Positions 34,451-46,241 of a DNA stretch of 64,000 nucleotides are shown here, piece after piece (position 1 is the first letter of the stretch; each line of letters opens with the position of its first letter). The position numbers were made by a program, and so were the translations under genes. The stretch lies in the NCBI GenBank assembly GCA_002269645.1, contig NIVC01002896.1, forward strand, positions 1 to 64,000, written 5' to 3'. This stretch comes from Macrostomum lignano (lineage: Eukaryota). The notes beneath the pieces are model-generated. The model was not told where the DNA came from, did not search any database, and saw nothing but the letters and a program-made list of their open reading frames with translations.

Positions 34451-35131
34451 TTCCACGTTGGGTTATGATGTATATAGACCTCAGCAACGCTTATTAAATA
34501 TTTCTAGAATGGAAAGGACAGTCGCTGTACCCGGTCTAAATGTGCTTAGCAATAATTTAAATGTTAGGGAGGGCAGATGCACTGGGAAACTTTATTCTGT
34601 ATAAAAATATGCGTTGTTTTACGGTCTGCATTCAGTCGGTGTTTGGCAGCTGCGCAGCTGGCGAATATTTGGATTAATATCAGGGAACAGCAGAGTCACT
34701 TATGGCTGGGGATTAAGCTGAATTGCTCCGATTAATGGACAACAAGTAAATTGGGGTTTATTCTGGAGAGGATAATGCATTTGGTATTTCGAAGTGCCAT
34801 GCGGAAGTTGCTGCAGTTACAGTGGCTGCTATGCAACCGGTCCAATTTTCTGTAGCATTCTTTGCTAGAACTATATATATATATATATGAAGTTAAGCAG
34901 ATATGGTCGCGGTTAGTACGTACCTAAACAAGCTGTTTGTCTATCAGTTAGAAGCAACCACCGTGGGTGCAAGACCATGGACAACTAGTATGCTTTGTCT
35001 CTAGCGAAACCAAGCCAAATTGAGCGCACATTGAGGCTGTCCATGAGTGAGACTGGAAGTTGTTTTCTGTGAGATATGGTAATATGATATTGCATGGGCC
35101 TGAAATATAAGGGTTAGTCTGTGTGCTAAAG

Positions 35132-35434
35132 AGGGGGGGGGGCTAGTGGTAAGAGCATCGGACTCACGACTGAAAGGTCGGGGGTTCGATTCTTGACCCA
35201 CTCAGAATAATTTTGTTTCCTTGAGCAAGACGTAACTCTGCTTTGCTTCAGTTCGCCCAGGGGGTGCCAGCATTAGCGGTGGTAATTGAGGGTGTGTGGC
35301 GACCCCCCAGTCCTTGGACTGAACAGCCGTACGCAGCCTTCAGATGCGCCGCGCAATAGCTGCGGCTGAGCTGTCGGTTGCACATCTGCCCATTAGGGCA
35401 AGTGTAATCAATTATTCTCACTATTCTTATTATT
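35132..35434 (+). mobile_element. tRNA-derived SINE family 1 copy
   Basis: TAGTGGTAAGAGC, GGTTCGATTCT, CCTTGAGCAAGAC, CTTCAGATGCGCCGCGCAATAG, ATT-type tail. Confidence 0.85.
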
Positions 35435-35744
35435 GCTACCAGTGCTACAATGCAAGACACAACGGAGATTTTGCTAGCAGAGTCAAGGAATAAGGTATAA
35501 CTATTTACACTCGTTGATCAGCTCAGGTGAGCACCGCAAAAGTCAAGCCAAACCGTTAGAGGCAACCAATAAAGTTGCTCTTTTATATTTAAAATCTCAG
35601 CTAGCAACTGCAATAAAAGGAGCTTTACAATGGTGGCCAAGAATCTTGGGCCATTGGATTTGCATAGTAACAAAGATACAGTGGGTGTAGTTTTCATGGG
35701 ACATGTACTGAGTATTGCAATACACACTCGCAATGGAAGAACAT

Positions 35745-35900
35745 TGCACACAACTGTACTCTATGCAGACATATTGACACAGAACATGCACACAACTGTA
35801 CTCTATGCAGACATATTGACACAGAACATGCACACAACTGTACTCTATGCAGACATATTGACACAGAACATACACACAACTGTACTCTATGCAGACATAT
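35745..35900. repeat. 42-nt tandem repeat, about 3.5 copies
   Basis: CACACAACTGTACTCTATGCAGACATATTGACACAGAACATG. Confidence 0.85.
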
Positions 35901-36108
35901 TTGCGACACACCAGCGTCTTGCTATACAGCAAGGATGACAAAAGCAGTCGGCAGATCAATGAGCAGCCTTGGCTTTCTGAACCAGTAAATGCGACACTGA
36001 TTGTATATCACAGCACTACTGACCCTTGGGAGCCTATAAAAGTACAAGCACATATATTATCTCTCTTGACTGCCTTTGTGTGAAACGAATGTAAATATAG
36101 CTACTAAC

Positions 36109-36111
<3 letters not shown>

Positions 36112-36193
<82 letters not shown>
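36112..36193. repeat. (GA)n microsatellite
   Basis: Direct reading. Confidence 0.97.
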
Positions 36194-36195
<2 letters not shown>

Positions 36196-36473
36196 CAATA
36201 AACGGGAAAACAACGACATTCACAATCCCGTCGGGAGATAATACGGAACCCAACAGACTGCTAAGACTGGAGAGCAAAAAAACGTAAATAATGTTTTTAA
36301 CGACGGGATTTGGGGCCGAAAACAGGTCGGAAATCATTCTCAAACCCAGGGGTGGCGAGGAGGGGGCTAAGCAGGGAAGCAAGCTAAGCAAGCTTGGAAT
36401 TTGCACAACGATCAAGCACAGATCCTTGTCTGCGCTGCACTTTAAGAATCCAGCTTTCCAATTGGGAGCTCAT

Positions 36474-36697
<224 letters not shown>

Positions 36698-37109
36698 ACC
36701 AAATTTTTTTGGCACAACTATGGTGTAACTATTTCTAAAGTATTTTTTGTTTAAGCAACTCTCGCAGACAACCAGAAGGTAGTAATTTCAGGTAATGCTA
36801 TTTCATTCCTTCATAGTTTATTTAAAGCGGTTTATTGTTGAATCAGACGTAGGCCACAGAAGGCCTGTGAGCATGAGTTGGGTGCCCGCGCCTGAATAGC
36901 TGTAGCAAGACAAAGGCGGGGGATGCGGAGTCCGCCTCAGTTTTGAGCAGCAGAACAATGGAAACTCAAGTCCCCTGACTGCAGGCAGGAAAATCACCTG
37001 AACGCAGTCAGGGCCCCGCAGCAATGCCAATTTTATCTGGATAAGTGGACCAGCAGCAAAAGCTGCTGACTGAAAGTACATTTTTCAGTTAGAACTGCAT
37101 TGCTTATGG

Positions 37110-37335
37110 CCGAGATTAGCAATCCATTCTATGCCTTCATCTGCGATGGAGCTATAGATTAGCAATCCATTCTATTCCTTCATCATTGATGGCTATAGAT
37201 TAGCAATCCATTCTATTCCTTCATCCCTGATGGAGCTATAGATTAGCAATCCATTCTATTCCTTCATCCGCGATGGCTATAGATTAGCAATCCATTCTAT
37301 TCCTTCATCCGCGATGGCTATAGATCAGCAATCCA
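37110..37335. repeat. Short second array of the 33.1-34.4 kb unit
   Basis: About 5-6 units, same orientation. Confidence 0.9.
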
Positions 37336-37994
37336 GTCTGTGTTTATATATTCATCAATTAATTTACCCTCTAATTAGTGCTAAATTATCAATTAATGTT
37401 GTTAATTCGACTCCTAAATCGAAATTATACAGAATGCAAAATTATTAGTAGAACTACAATGACAGCTCAATTAAATTTTTCCTAGGACGGCTTCCTTGCT
37501 TATTTTCAGTCCATTTAGCAGTAGAAAATCTTCTGCAATAGAATTTTCAGAGTTCAAGGGCACGGCAAACACTCAGCTAGAAGTCCCTGGCAACCAAGAC
37601 AGTGAGAAGGAAGCAGAAAAAACAGTGAACTGCAATTAGCTGCTGATAAAGAACTGCTCAAGTTGAAATTTGATAAAAAAAACTGTTCTTCCTGCGGACT
37701 TTCATAGTCAGGATGAGACCAGCGAGTTCAAACACGCTTATAGACTGCGATTTGTTTGGCAACTTCTGTTTTTTTACAGATGAACATTAAGTGCTAAGAA
37801 AATCACTTTCCCCAATTCTCAGCAGCAGCTTTTCCTAGTCAAACTTGTTTGCTCCAAAGATGCACAGCTGGGAAGCGGAAAGTTTGGTTGCTTTGAATTA
37901 TTCAGGGTTGGTCAGACAGGAGCGGAACTTGGCGGAAAAGGCTGATCGATTTCAGAGAGATGACTTCAAGGGACGAAAAGGAAGTTAAGAGGGA

Positions 37995-38705
37995 GTAGAA
38001 AAGGGCGGATTCCGACAGGAGAGAGAATCGAGAAGGGGCGGATCCTGAGAGGAGAGAGAATCGAGACGGGGCGGATCCTGAGAGGAGAGAGAATCGAGAA
38101 GGGGCGGATCCTGAGAGGAGAGAGAATCGAGACGGGGCGGATCCTGAGAGGAAAGAGAATCGAGACGGGGCGGATCCTGAGAGGAAAGAGAATCGAGACG
38201 GGGTGGATCCTGAGAGGAGAGAGAATCGAGACGGGGTGGATCCTGAGAGGAGAGAGAATCGAGACGGGGCGGATCCTGAGAGGAGAGAGAATCGGGAAGG
38301 GGCGGATCCTGAGAGGAGAGAGAATCGGGAAGGGGCGGATCCTGAGAGGAGAGAGAATCGAGACGGGGCGGATCCTGAGAGGAAAGAGAATCGAGACGGG
38401 GTGGATCCTGAGAGGAGAGAGAATCGGGAAGGGGCGGATCCTGGGAGGAGAGAGAATCGGGAAGGGGCGGATCCTGAGAGGAGAGAGAATCGGGAAGGGG
38501 CGGATCCTGAGAGGAGAGAGAATCGGGAAGGGGCGGATCCTGAGAGGAGAGAGAATCGAGACGGGGCGGATCCTGAGAGGAGAGAGAATCGGGAAGGGGC
38601 GGATTCTGAGAGGAGAGAGAATTGGGAAGGGGCGGATCCTGAGAGGAGAGAGAATCGGGAAGGGGTGGATCCTGAGAGTAGAGAGGATTATGAAGGGGCG
38701 GATCC
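37995..38705. repeat. 33-nt minisatellite (GGGGCGGATCCTGAGAGGAGAGAGAATCGAGAC)
   Basis: About 21 units. Confidence 0.95.
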
Positions 38706-39319
38706 TTTGCCAGACTGTAAAAGTGTCCTCTATGCTGAAGAGTCTGTTGCAGAGCCCAACGAAAGAAAGCCAATATAAGTCTAACCCGACTACAACTGAG
38801 GCAGACAAGTTTACAACCGAAGCAATTTCTCAACACTCAGACAGGGTAATTACTGCTGCACAAGACAACACCGCTGGCAGGGGGTGGCAGTCAATTAGAA
38901 CTCAGTCAATTATTTACATAGAAGCCGCATGGTGCAGCACCGCAACTGTACTTTTGTACAGCAAGGAGTACTATTATTTACTTTGGGAAAAGGAGACGGA
39001 GCCTTGAGACGTTGCGCTTTCGCTTGCTGCATGACCGTTAATTTCATTTTCCATCTCCGGCTGGCTAACCATGACTTCAACTGACTGCTAGCTGGGATAA
39101 GTATACGAGTATGAGGGCAAACCGTAAATTCCAGCCGTTTGGGTGGCGCTATAGCGGGGGTTCTCAACTGATGCGGAAGTTAAAAAGGGAGGCGAGCAGA
39201 GATAGATGGAGAGGGGCGGATAGAGGTGCGGATTCTACGAAGGGGGGCTTGAAGAGGAGCGGGCTCTAGCAGAAGAGGATATTTGAGAAGGGATGGATAT
39301 TTAATAAGGGTGAATCAGG

Positions 39320-39945
39320 AAAGGGCGGATCCTGATAAGATACACTTAAGGGGAGCGGATCCTGAGAGGAGACACTTAGGGAGGGGCGGATCCTGAAGGG
39401 GGAGACACTCAGGGAAGGGATCCTGAGAGTAGGCACTTAGGGAGGGGCGGATCCTGAGAGGAGACACTTAGGGAGGGGCGGATCCTGAAGGGGGAGACAC
39501 TCAGGGAAGGGATCCTGAGAGTAGGCACTTAGGGAGGGGCGGATCCTGAGAGGAAGCACTTAGGGAGGGGCAGATCCCGATAGGAGACACTTACGGAGGG
39601 GCGGATCCTGAGAGGAGGCACTTAGGGAGGGGCGGATCCTGAGAGGAGACACTTAGGGAGGGGCGGATCCTGAAGGGGGAGACACTTAGGGAAGAGGCGG
39701 ATCCTGAGAGGAGGCACTTAGGGAGGGGCGGATCCTGAGAGGAGACACTTAGGGAGGGGCAGATCCCGATAGGAGACACTTAGGGAGGGGCGGATCCTGA
39801 GAGGAGACACTTAGGGAAGAGGCGGATCCTGAGAGGAGGCACTTAGGGAGGGGCGGATCCTGAGAAGAGGCACTTAGGGAGGGGCGGATCCTGAGAGGAG
39901 GCACTTAGGGAGGGGTGGATCCTGAGAGGAGACACTTATAGGCAG
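39320..39945. repeat. 31-nt minisatellite (GGGGCGGATCCTGAGAGGAGACACTTAGGGA)
   Basis: About 20 units; first 20 nt identical to the 33-nt unit. Confidence 0.95.
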
Positions 39946-40469
39946 GAGTGGATCTTGAGAGTTAAGGAGTGGACCTTAGTTTGAATTACAACCTAGAATT
40001 GGCAATGTTATATATTTAACAAGACCTTGTCGGTCTTTCAGTCCGCTAGCATCGGAGCCAATTAAACGTTGAAGATGCAGCTTGGAAACGGCAGCTGTGG
40101 ATTCTTGGGGATGAGTTTTAGTATGTAGGATTGAATTAGCCAAGTTAGAATGAAGCCGCTATCCAGCGATGCGTGACGAATCGGCCTCCGCCACTGCAGA
40201 GCTACAGTGTGGAGATCGACGAAAGTGTGTTGTGGAGATGAAGTGCAAGACTGCTTGTCAACTGCATGAAATTCAGACTTAACTTGTGTCTTGCTAAAAA
40301 GTGCTCAGGTGCTTTAAAAAGAACAATTCCCTTAGTGTAGAAGTTCTCCTGTCCTCTCTACACTTTGATTTAATAATGAAACGAAAGAAAAGTCAAGAAT
40401 GCGAACATAAATTAGCTGAGTCACGCCGGACAGTGTACGTTATATGTTGCTTTGGAACATTTTACATTC

Positions 40470-40745
40470 TGCATTTTATTACTTTTTTAATTACACCTGA
40501 CCAGATGTGCAACGGACAGCTCAGCCGCAGCTATTGCGCGGCGCATCTGAAGGCTGCGTACGGCGGCTCAGTCTATAAGGATACCCTCAATTTCTGTAAC
40601 CCCTTTAGCTGGGTGAACTGAAGCGATGCTGCGTTTAGTGTCTTGCTCAAGGACACAACAATTGTTCCAGAGTGGGTCGAGCGTCGAACCCCCGACATTT
40701 TAATTTCAGTTGTGAATCCAATGCTCTCTAACCATTAGACTACAA
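40470..40745 (-). mobile_element. tRNA-derived SINE family 1 copy (more decayed)
   Basis: Same body and 3' block as the 24.0 and 35.2 kb copies. Confidence 0.8.
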
Positions 40746-42482
40746 TCAACTAGCTGCTACAAACTGTAGCTCGCATGCATGATGCCGAATCCAGAAGCTG
40801 GGTTTTATTGCATTTGATGTGCAAGAATTGTCAATACAAAAGTCGAATATAGCGCAGTCACGAATGAACCTTTTAGATTTATTCAGGTAGTCGCCTGAAC
40901 GTTAAAACTCAAAGTTCTCTTATACAGAATTTCTAGACGCTGGGTTATGTCAGCTATTTTTTCTTACATTTATACCCAGCGACGATTGAAAAAACAGTGA
41001 AAGACAAACAACCTACTTCACTTTATCTAGGATACATTTAAAAATAATATTTAACCTAATTGAGATAAGGTACTACAAATGCAAGACTTTTAAATTGGTA
41101 GCTATTCTATATTTTTCAAGCGTTACTTTTTGTTTGTCTACTGTCATGCGGAAATTAAGAATTATTTGAATTGCACTGTCCAATATAAAATGCCCAGCTT
41201 CAAATTTCGCCCAAGCCCAAGGGTGCTAGCAAGTTGCTATAGCTTAAGACAAATTTCTCACAACGCCGAAAATCCTTGAAAAGTCCTCAAGACCAAAATA
41301 TCAGATCCTTGAGAAGGGCATTGCAAAGATTTTCGGCGTTGCATCATATGAGGGATGCTTCAGTCTTTTATAATCTAGACTAGACTATCTCATGATGAAG
41401 ATGCATTTTAATAAAAAAATTTTAGAAATTTACCTACAGATACTATACGGTTATGATATAGTGTTATTTGATTTTACAAAATTAATTTATGTAATTAACA
41501 GGATCCTTATGCTTGATTTATAATTGATTTATAATTGTTTTAAATCAATATTTTAGACAATTCAGGGAAAGGTAGTTAGGTTTAGGTAGAAGTAAAATGT
41601 TTTGAATTTTATGGAATATCTACTTTCTTTTGAAAACAAAATAGCTCACTTAGTCTTATAGCAACCCAATATGTAACAAGTATAATTTAAAATAAATCTT
41701 TACTTCTAATCTATTTTTTTTTGCAAAAAATATCAATATACAACTTATATATTAGCCTGGCATGATAAAATAGGCTAGGTTTTCTGGTTAAGAAGAAATG
41801 GAAATTATTATTATTAAGCATAGGCCCTATAAATGATTTAAATATATTGATTTAAAATGATTTAAAACTAAAAGCATTTTATTCATCTGTAAGGCTAAGG
41901 ATGCCTAGGCTTTATAATAAATCAGTGCCATTATGCTTATATTCAATTTATATTACCATACATAAGGACCTTGTATGATAGCCATTGTCAAACTGCAATC
42001 CTTTATTTCTATATTTTAATTTCTATAATTAAGGTCCATTTTTATATATATTAATAAAGAAAAATTACATGATTAAAATATTTTATAAAATAAAATAATT
42101 AATCATATTTTAATGATTTTGACTTCCATTTTTTTATTTTACTAGAAACTATAAAATACTACCATTAGATGATTTTATAGGGCAAAATTTGATGAAAAAT
42201 TGAAGATTTTCCACTTTGCTTTTCAGTTAGTTGCAAGGCCAGTGCAAGTCCAGAGGTTGTATTCTTATATCTAAAGCTGAGTGGACTGATTAACTGGCCA
42301 GGTTTAATGCATATCTCCTCCTAGTATATATATTTATTGTCATATCGCCATATTGCCGTCATATTGCCATAGTATATATAAATGTATATAGAAGTATAAC
42401 ACAGAATATATCTGTTAGTCAAATCACGCATAGTTTATCTATGATCCAATGCTTATACAGGTACTTAATCTCAATTGCAGCC

Positions 42483-42920
42483 ATGCCAAGCTCGCCGCAC
42501 ACCCAGACAGTGCAGCTGCAGCTGGAGAAAGTGCCCGAGCGGGACAGCCACGGCCAGCGGGTCATGGTGAAGGACTCGGCCGGCGGCCTGGCGCCCAAGC
42601 TGCTCACTGGATTCCGCTTCGCTGGCGGCATCGACCAGGACCGGCAGTACTGCCCCTACGGCTATCCAGACTGTGGCATCTATGTCACCCACGTGTACAG
42701 CGGCAGTCCGGCGGAGAAGGCCGGCCTGCGGGTGCACGACAAGATCCTGCAGGTGAATGGCAACAATCTGGCCTTCTTGGGCCACGCCCAGGTTGCCGCG
42801 CTACTCAACCGGGAGACCCAGCTGAGCCTGTTGGTGCACCGCGGCTTCCAGAGATTCACCACGCAGTTGAGCGACTCGCTGGGTTCGGAGGCCAGGGTCT
42901 CCGCCTCGGTGCTGCTTTGA
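42483..42920 (+). CDS. TAX1BP3: Single-PDZ protein, TIP-1/TAX1BP3-like, 145 aa, intronless CDS
   Basis: GFRFAGGIDQD...GIYVTHV...GSPAEKAGLRVHDKILQVNG matches the TIP-1 signature GFSIGGGIDQD. TTGCAG acceptor 2 nt before ATG. Confidence 0.82.
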   Translation: MPSSPHTQTVQLQLEKVPERDSHGQRVMVKDSAGGLAPKLLTGFRFAGGIDQDRQYCPYGYPDCGIYVTHVYSGSPAEKAGLRVHDKILQVNGNNLAFLGHAQVAALLNRETQLSLLVHRGFQRFTTQLSDSLGSEARVSASVLL

Positions 42921-43049
42921 GTTGAGAAGTGTAGACTTTTTAGAAACTCAAATCTTGTTCACTCACCATGATCATTTGGGAATTTAGTATGCCGGAGATT
43001 AAAGGGTTGCAAGCCCTGAGTGGGTTGGAGCATTCTACCAAGTTAAGCA

Positions 43050-43300
43050 GAGTTGGCCGCGGTTAGGCTGCTAGCTTCTGAATCTCGTGACGCGACCCCT
43101 GGTTCGATTCCCGTGCGCAAACACATTCATTTGGGGCTGGTGTGCGCGAATGTTGGCAGGGGGGGGGTTGTCGTGCGAGTCACAGCCATGAGGGCCAACC
43201 CCCAAGGCACACAGAGTGTACATGCCTGACGATTGGAAAGTCAGGCCCGCTGTACACCCTGTGTGAGCGTGTGTACGAGTGCTCAGAAGTCAGCAGAATG
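43050..43300 (+). mobile_element. tRNA-derived SINE family 2, near full-length copy
   Basis: tRNA-like head with B box GGTTCGATTCCC, then CATTCATTTGGGGCT and the conserved family body. Confidence 0.75.
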
Positions 43301-44394
43301 GACATAACTGCCGGCAGCGCTGGTTGTGGGACGATGTCCTCAGTCCTCCTGCATATATTGATCTTCATCCTTCAAGGCAGCTGGGCTTCAGTACACTGCT
43401 ATTTCAAAAGCAGATCCAAATGTTTGCACATTCCATATTTAATCCGCGCTTGTGTTCCGAATGGCTCGAAGGTTTTAATTCTATACTTGTGTACTTGTTA
43501 CTATTCGAATGCTACTAGAAGCAAAAATAGTTTTAAGCTTGCTTGCCAGTCTCTCAAGTTCGGATATGCGCCAGTCTAGACACAATGGTTTCTGTAGCAT
43601 AGGTTATTTCATTGATTCAAAACTTTACTATGCTACTTAAAGTAATACATACGAGATAGCACTCTCCGCTCTCCACATAGTTTCTATGAAAAATAAATTT
43701 TGCTTTTTTATTAATCGTTTTTATCCCATTGGCTGTGCCGCTTATACTTTAAAACTGCAGCATACATGTAACTAACAAAATGATTATAATTATTAGGATA
43801 ATAAATGCTTGTGATGCTTATTGTAGCAGGCCGTAATCTCAAAAAAGTGAATTTTTGTCCATTTTGTCTATCATTATAAATAATAAATAAATATTTACAC
43901 GATATAATAAATCGTAACAAATTCTTAGCTGTTTTTTTCAAATTTGAAATTGAGTTCAGCCCAACCAAACTGGCTTTTTGTGATTTTGTTTAACGGTGTA
44001 ACTATTGCTTGTTTTTTTATACCACAACGCCACAACGCCTCGTCATCTGAAAAGCATTAAGGTGGTAATTGGTTATGTACCCATCATATTTGATAATTAA
44101 AATAAAAGAGCAGTGTCAAACGCTCTGAAAATAGTTTTATTGAATTTGTTGAGTTAAAATGCCATGAATGAGTCATGAAAATGCATTTTTTGTATTATTA
44201 CTCAGATAGCAGTAAACAGAACAGGAAACAAACAACCAACGTGCAAAATTCTGTGATGAGTCACTTGACTCTCAACTTCTAAAATAGCTCGTAGGAGCGA
44301 AGTGCGCAATCCCGATCTTTTGTTATTTCGGAAATGGAATTCTTGATTTTACCGAGATGGCCAATTTTTTATTTCAATGGAGATGGCTACCATT

Positions 44395-44850
44395 TCATTT
44401 CTAGGAAATGACTAATCTTTGATTTCTAGGAAATGGCTGCTCTTTGATTTCTAGGAAATGACAACGCCTTGATTTCTAGGAAATGACTACCCTTTGATTT
44501 CTAGGAAATGGCTGCCCTTTGATTTCTAGGAAATGACTGCCCTTTGATTTCTAGGAAATAGCTGCTCTTTGATTTCTAGGAAAGGACAACGCCTTTATTT
44601 CTAGGAAATGACTACCCTTTGATTTCTAGGAAATGACAACGCTTTGATTTCTAGGAAATGTCTACCCCTTAATTTCTAGGAAATGACTTCCTTGATTTCT
44701 AGGAAATGACTTCCTTGATTTCTAGAAAATGACTACCCTTTGATTTCTAGGAAATGACTGCCCTTTGATTTCTAGGAAATGACAACCCTTTGATTTCTAG
44801 GAAATGCCTACCCCTTGATTTCTAGGAAATGACTACCCTTTGATTCTTGG
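44395..44850. repeat. About 25-nt minisatellite with pseudo-palindrome ATTTCTAGGAAAT
   Basis: About 18 units just 3' of the RECQ1 stop. Confidence 0.93.
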
Positions 44851-44905
44851 ACTACTCCCAAGTTTATTTTCGGTAAAAAGGTATCCCACGATCTGGCGAA
44901 GATGA

Positions 44906-45292
44906 CTAGACAAAATCATCATCATCATGATCAGGATCGCGCTGATCATCGTTATCATCAGCATCAGCCGTCAGATCAATAGACTCGACAGCTGCCTGTC
45001 TTTGTCGGCGTTTCTTCGCCGCGGGCTGCCCGTTGGATGCCTCACTGGATGCAGCGCCGTCGCCGTCCCTGGCCGGCAGCGGACAGATCAGGTCGCCCCG
45101 GCCGAGCCGCCGAGCCCCCCAGGCCAGGTAGGGCACCGTGGCGAACGGAGTAAAATGAAAGTCCTCGGTCAGGTAGCCGCGAAGCAGCAGTTCGGCCAGG
45201 CCGGCCTCCACTGCCTGGCGGAGCGGCGCGCCGGGCGGCAGGGCGGAGCGGGTGCGGGCGCCCAGACGGCCGGAGGACAGCGAATCGGCCAC
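44906..45292 (-). CDS. RECQL: RECQ1 last exon
   Basis: TGCCAG acceptor; VADSL...[14 protein letters not shown]...acidic tail. Confidence 0.88.
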   Translation of the reverse strand: MADSLSSGRLGARTRSALPPGAPLRQAVEAGLAELLLRGYLTEDFHFTPFATVPYLAWGARRLGRGDLICPLPARDGDGAASSEASNGQPAAKKRRQRQAAVESIDLTADADDNDDQRDPDHDDDDFV

Positions 45293-46192
45293 CTGGCAGT
45301 GCGGGGGCGGTGGTGAACCCATGGCGGCAATTGCAATCAGCATTCTGCGTGGCTGCCAGCCACGTACATTCTCAGCGGCGCTGGATAAATGTACATTAAC
45401 GGCTGCACTGTTCTACTATGCCTTAAGTGGCCCATCTAGTCATTTCAGTACGAGTACCTGTGGATCGTGAGTGAAAATCAATCGGAGCTCCAATAATTCA
45501 CTCTGCTACGATAGGGTAGCAGCTCTATACCACTTGTACATACTTTCATACTGAGCGAACCAACCTTCATCGCAGTCAGCCGTTTATTGCCCCCAGCCTC
45601 GGCCAGCAGGTCGGCCATCAGCTGGGCCAGCTGGGCCAGATCCCACGGCTGGGCGGGCGGTGCCGGGCCGCGGCACCAGTCGCACATGGCCTGACAGGCG
45701 ACTGGCTCAACAACCGGCTGCATCGATTCGCTTGACGGCGCCTCCGCCTCAGCCTCCAGGTGCCTGGCCAGCAGGCGCCGACGGCAGTCCCTGGCCGTGC
45801 AGTAGCGCAGCATCTCGTACAGCTTAGCCAGGCCGGTCCGCTCGGCGAACACGATCGGACTGAGGCGGAACACGTCCGCCAGCCGATAGAACAGCAGGCA
45901 CTGGGCTGGCTGACCGTCCCGGCCGGCCCGCCCAGACTCCTGATAGTAGGTTTCCGGGCTCTTGCTCAGCGTGTGGTGAATCACAAACCGAACGTCTGGC
46001 TGTTCCAACGGGTGGGGGCGGATGATGGAAGGGTTGCTTGACTGGCTGACGCAATATGATTGAAAGGCTCTGGGATTTCACAAGCATACATTTAAGATCT
46101 AGACGGTAGACAGAAGACAACCGGACACTAAGGCGGACAGACAGACAGAGACAGGCAGACAGACAGGCAGACAGACAGACAGACAGACAGAA

Positions 46193-46241
<49 letters not shown>

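Noticed and set aside
39320-39945. Interstitial telomere
   Set aside because: TTAGGG occurs once per 31-nt unit, never in tandem.
41380-42200. Possible inverted repeat in very AT-rich DNA
   Set aside because: Only two short matches with inconsistent spacing, as expected at this composition.
42441-42482. Upstream in-frame ATG for the PDZ gene
   Set aside because: Lies in AT-rich sequence 5' of a clear TTGCAG acceptor; 42483 is preferred.
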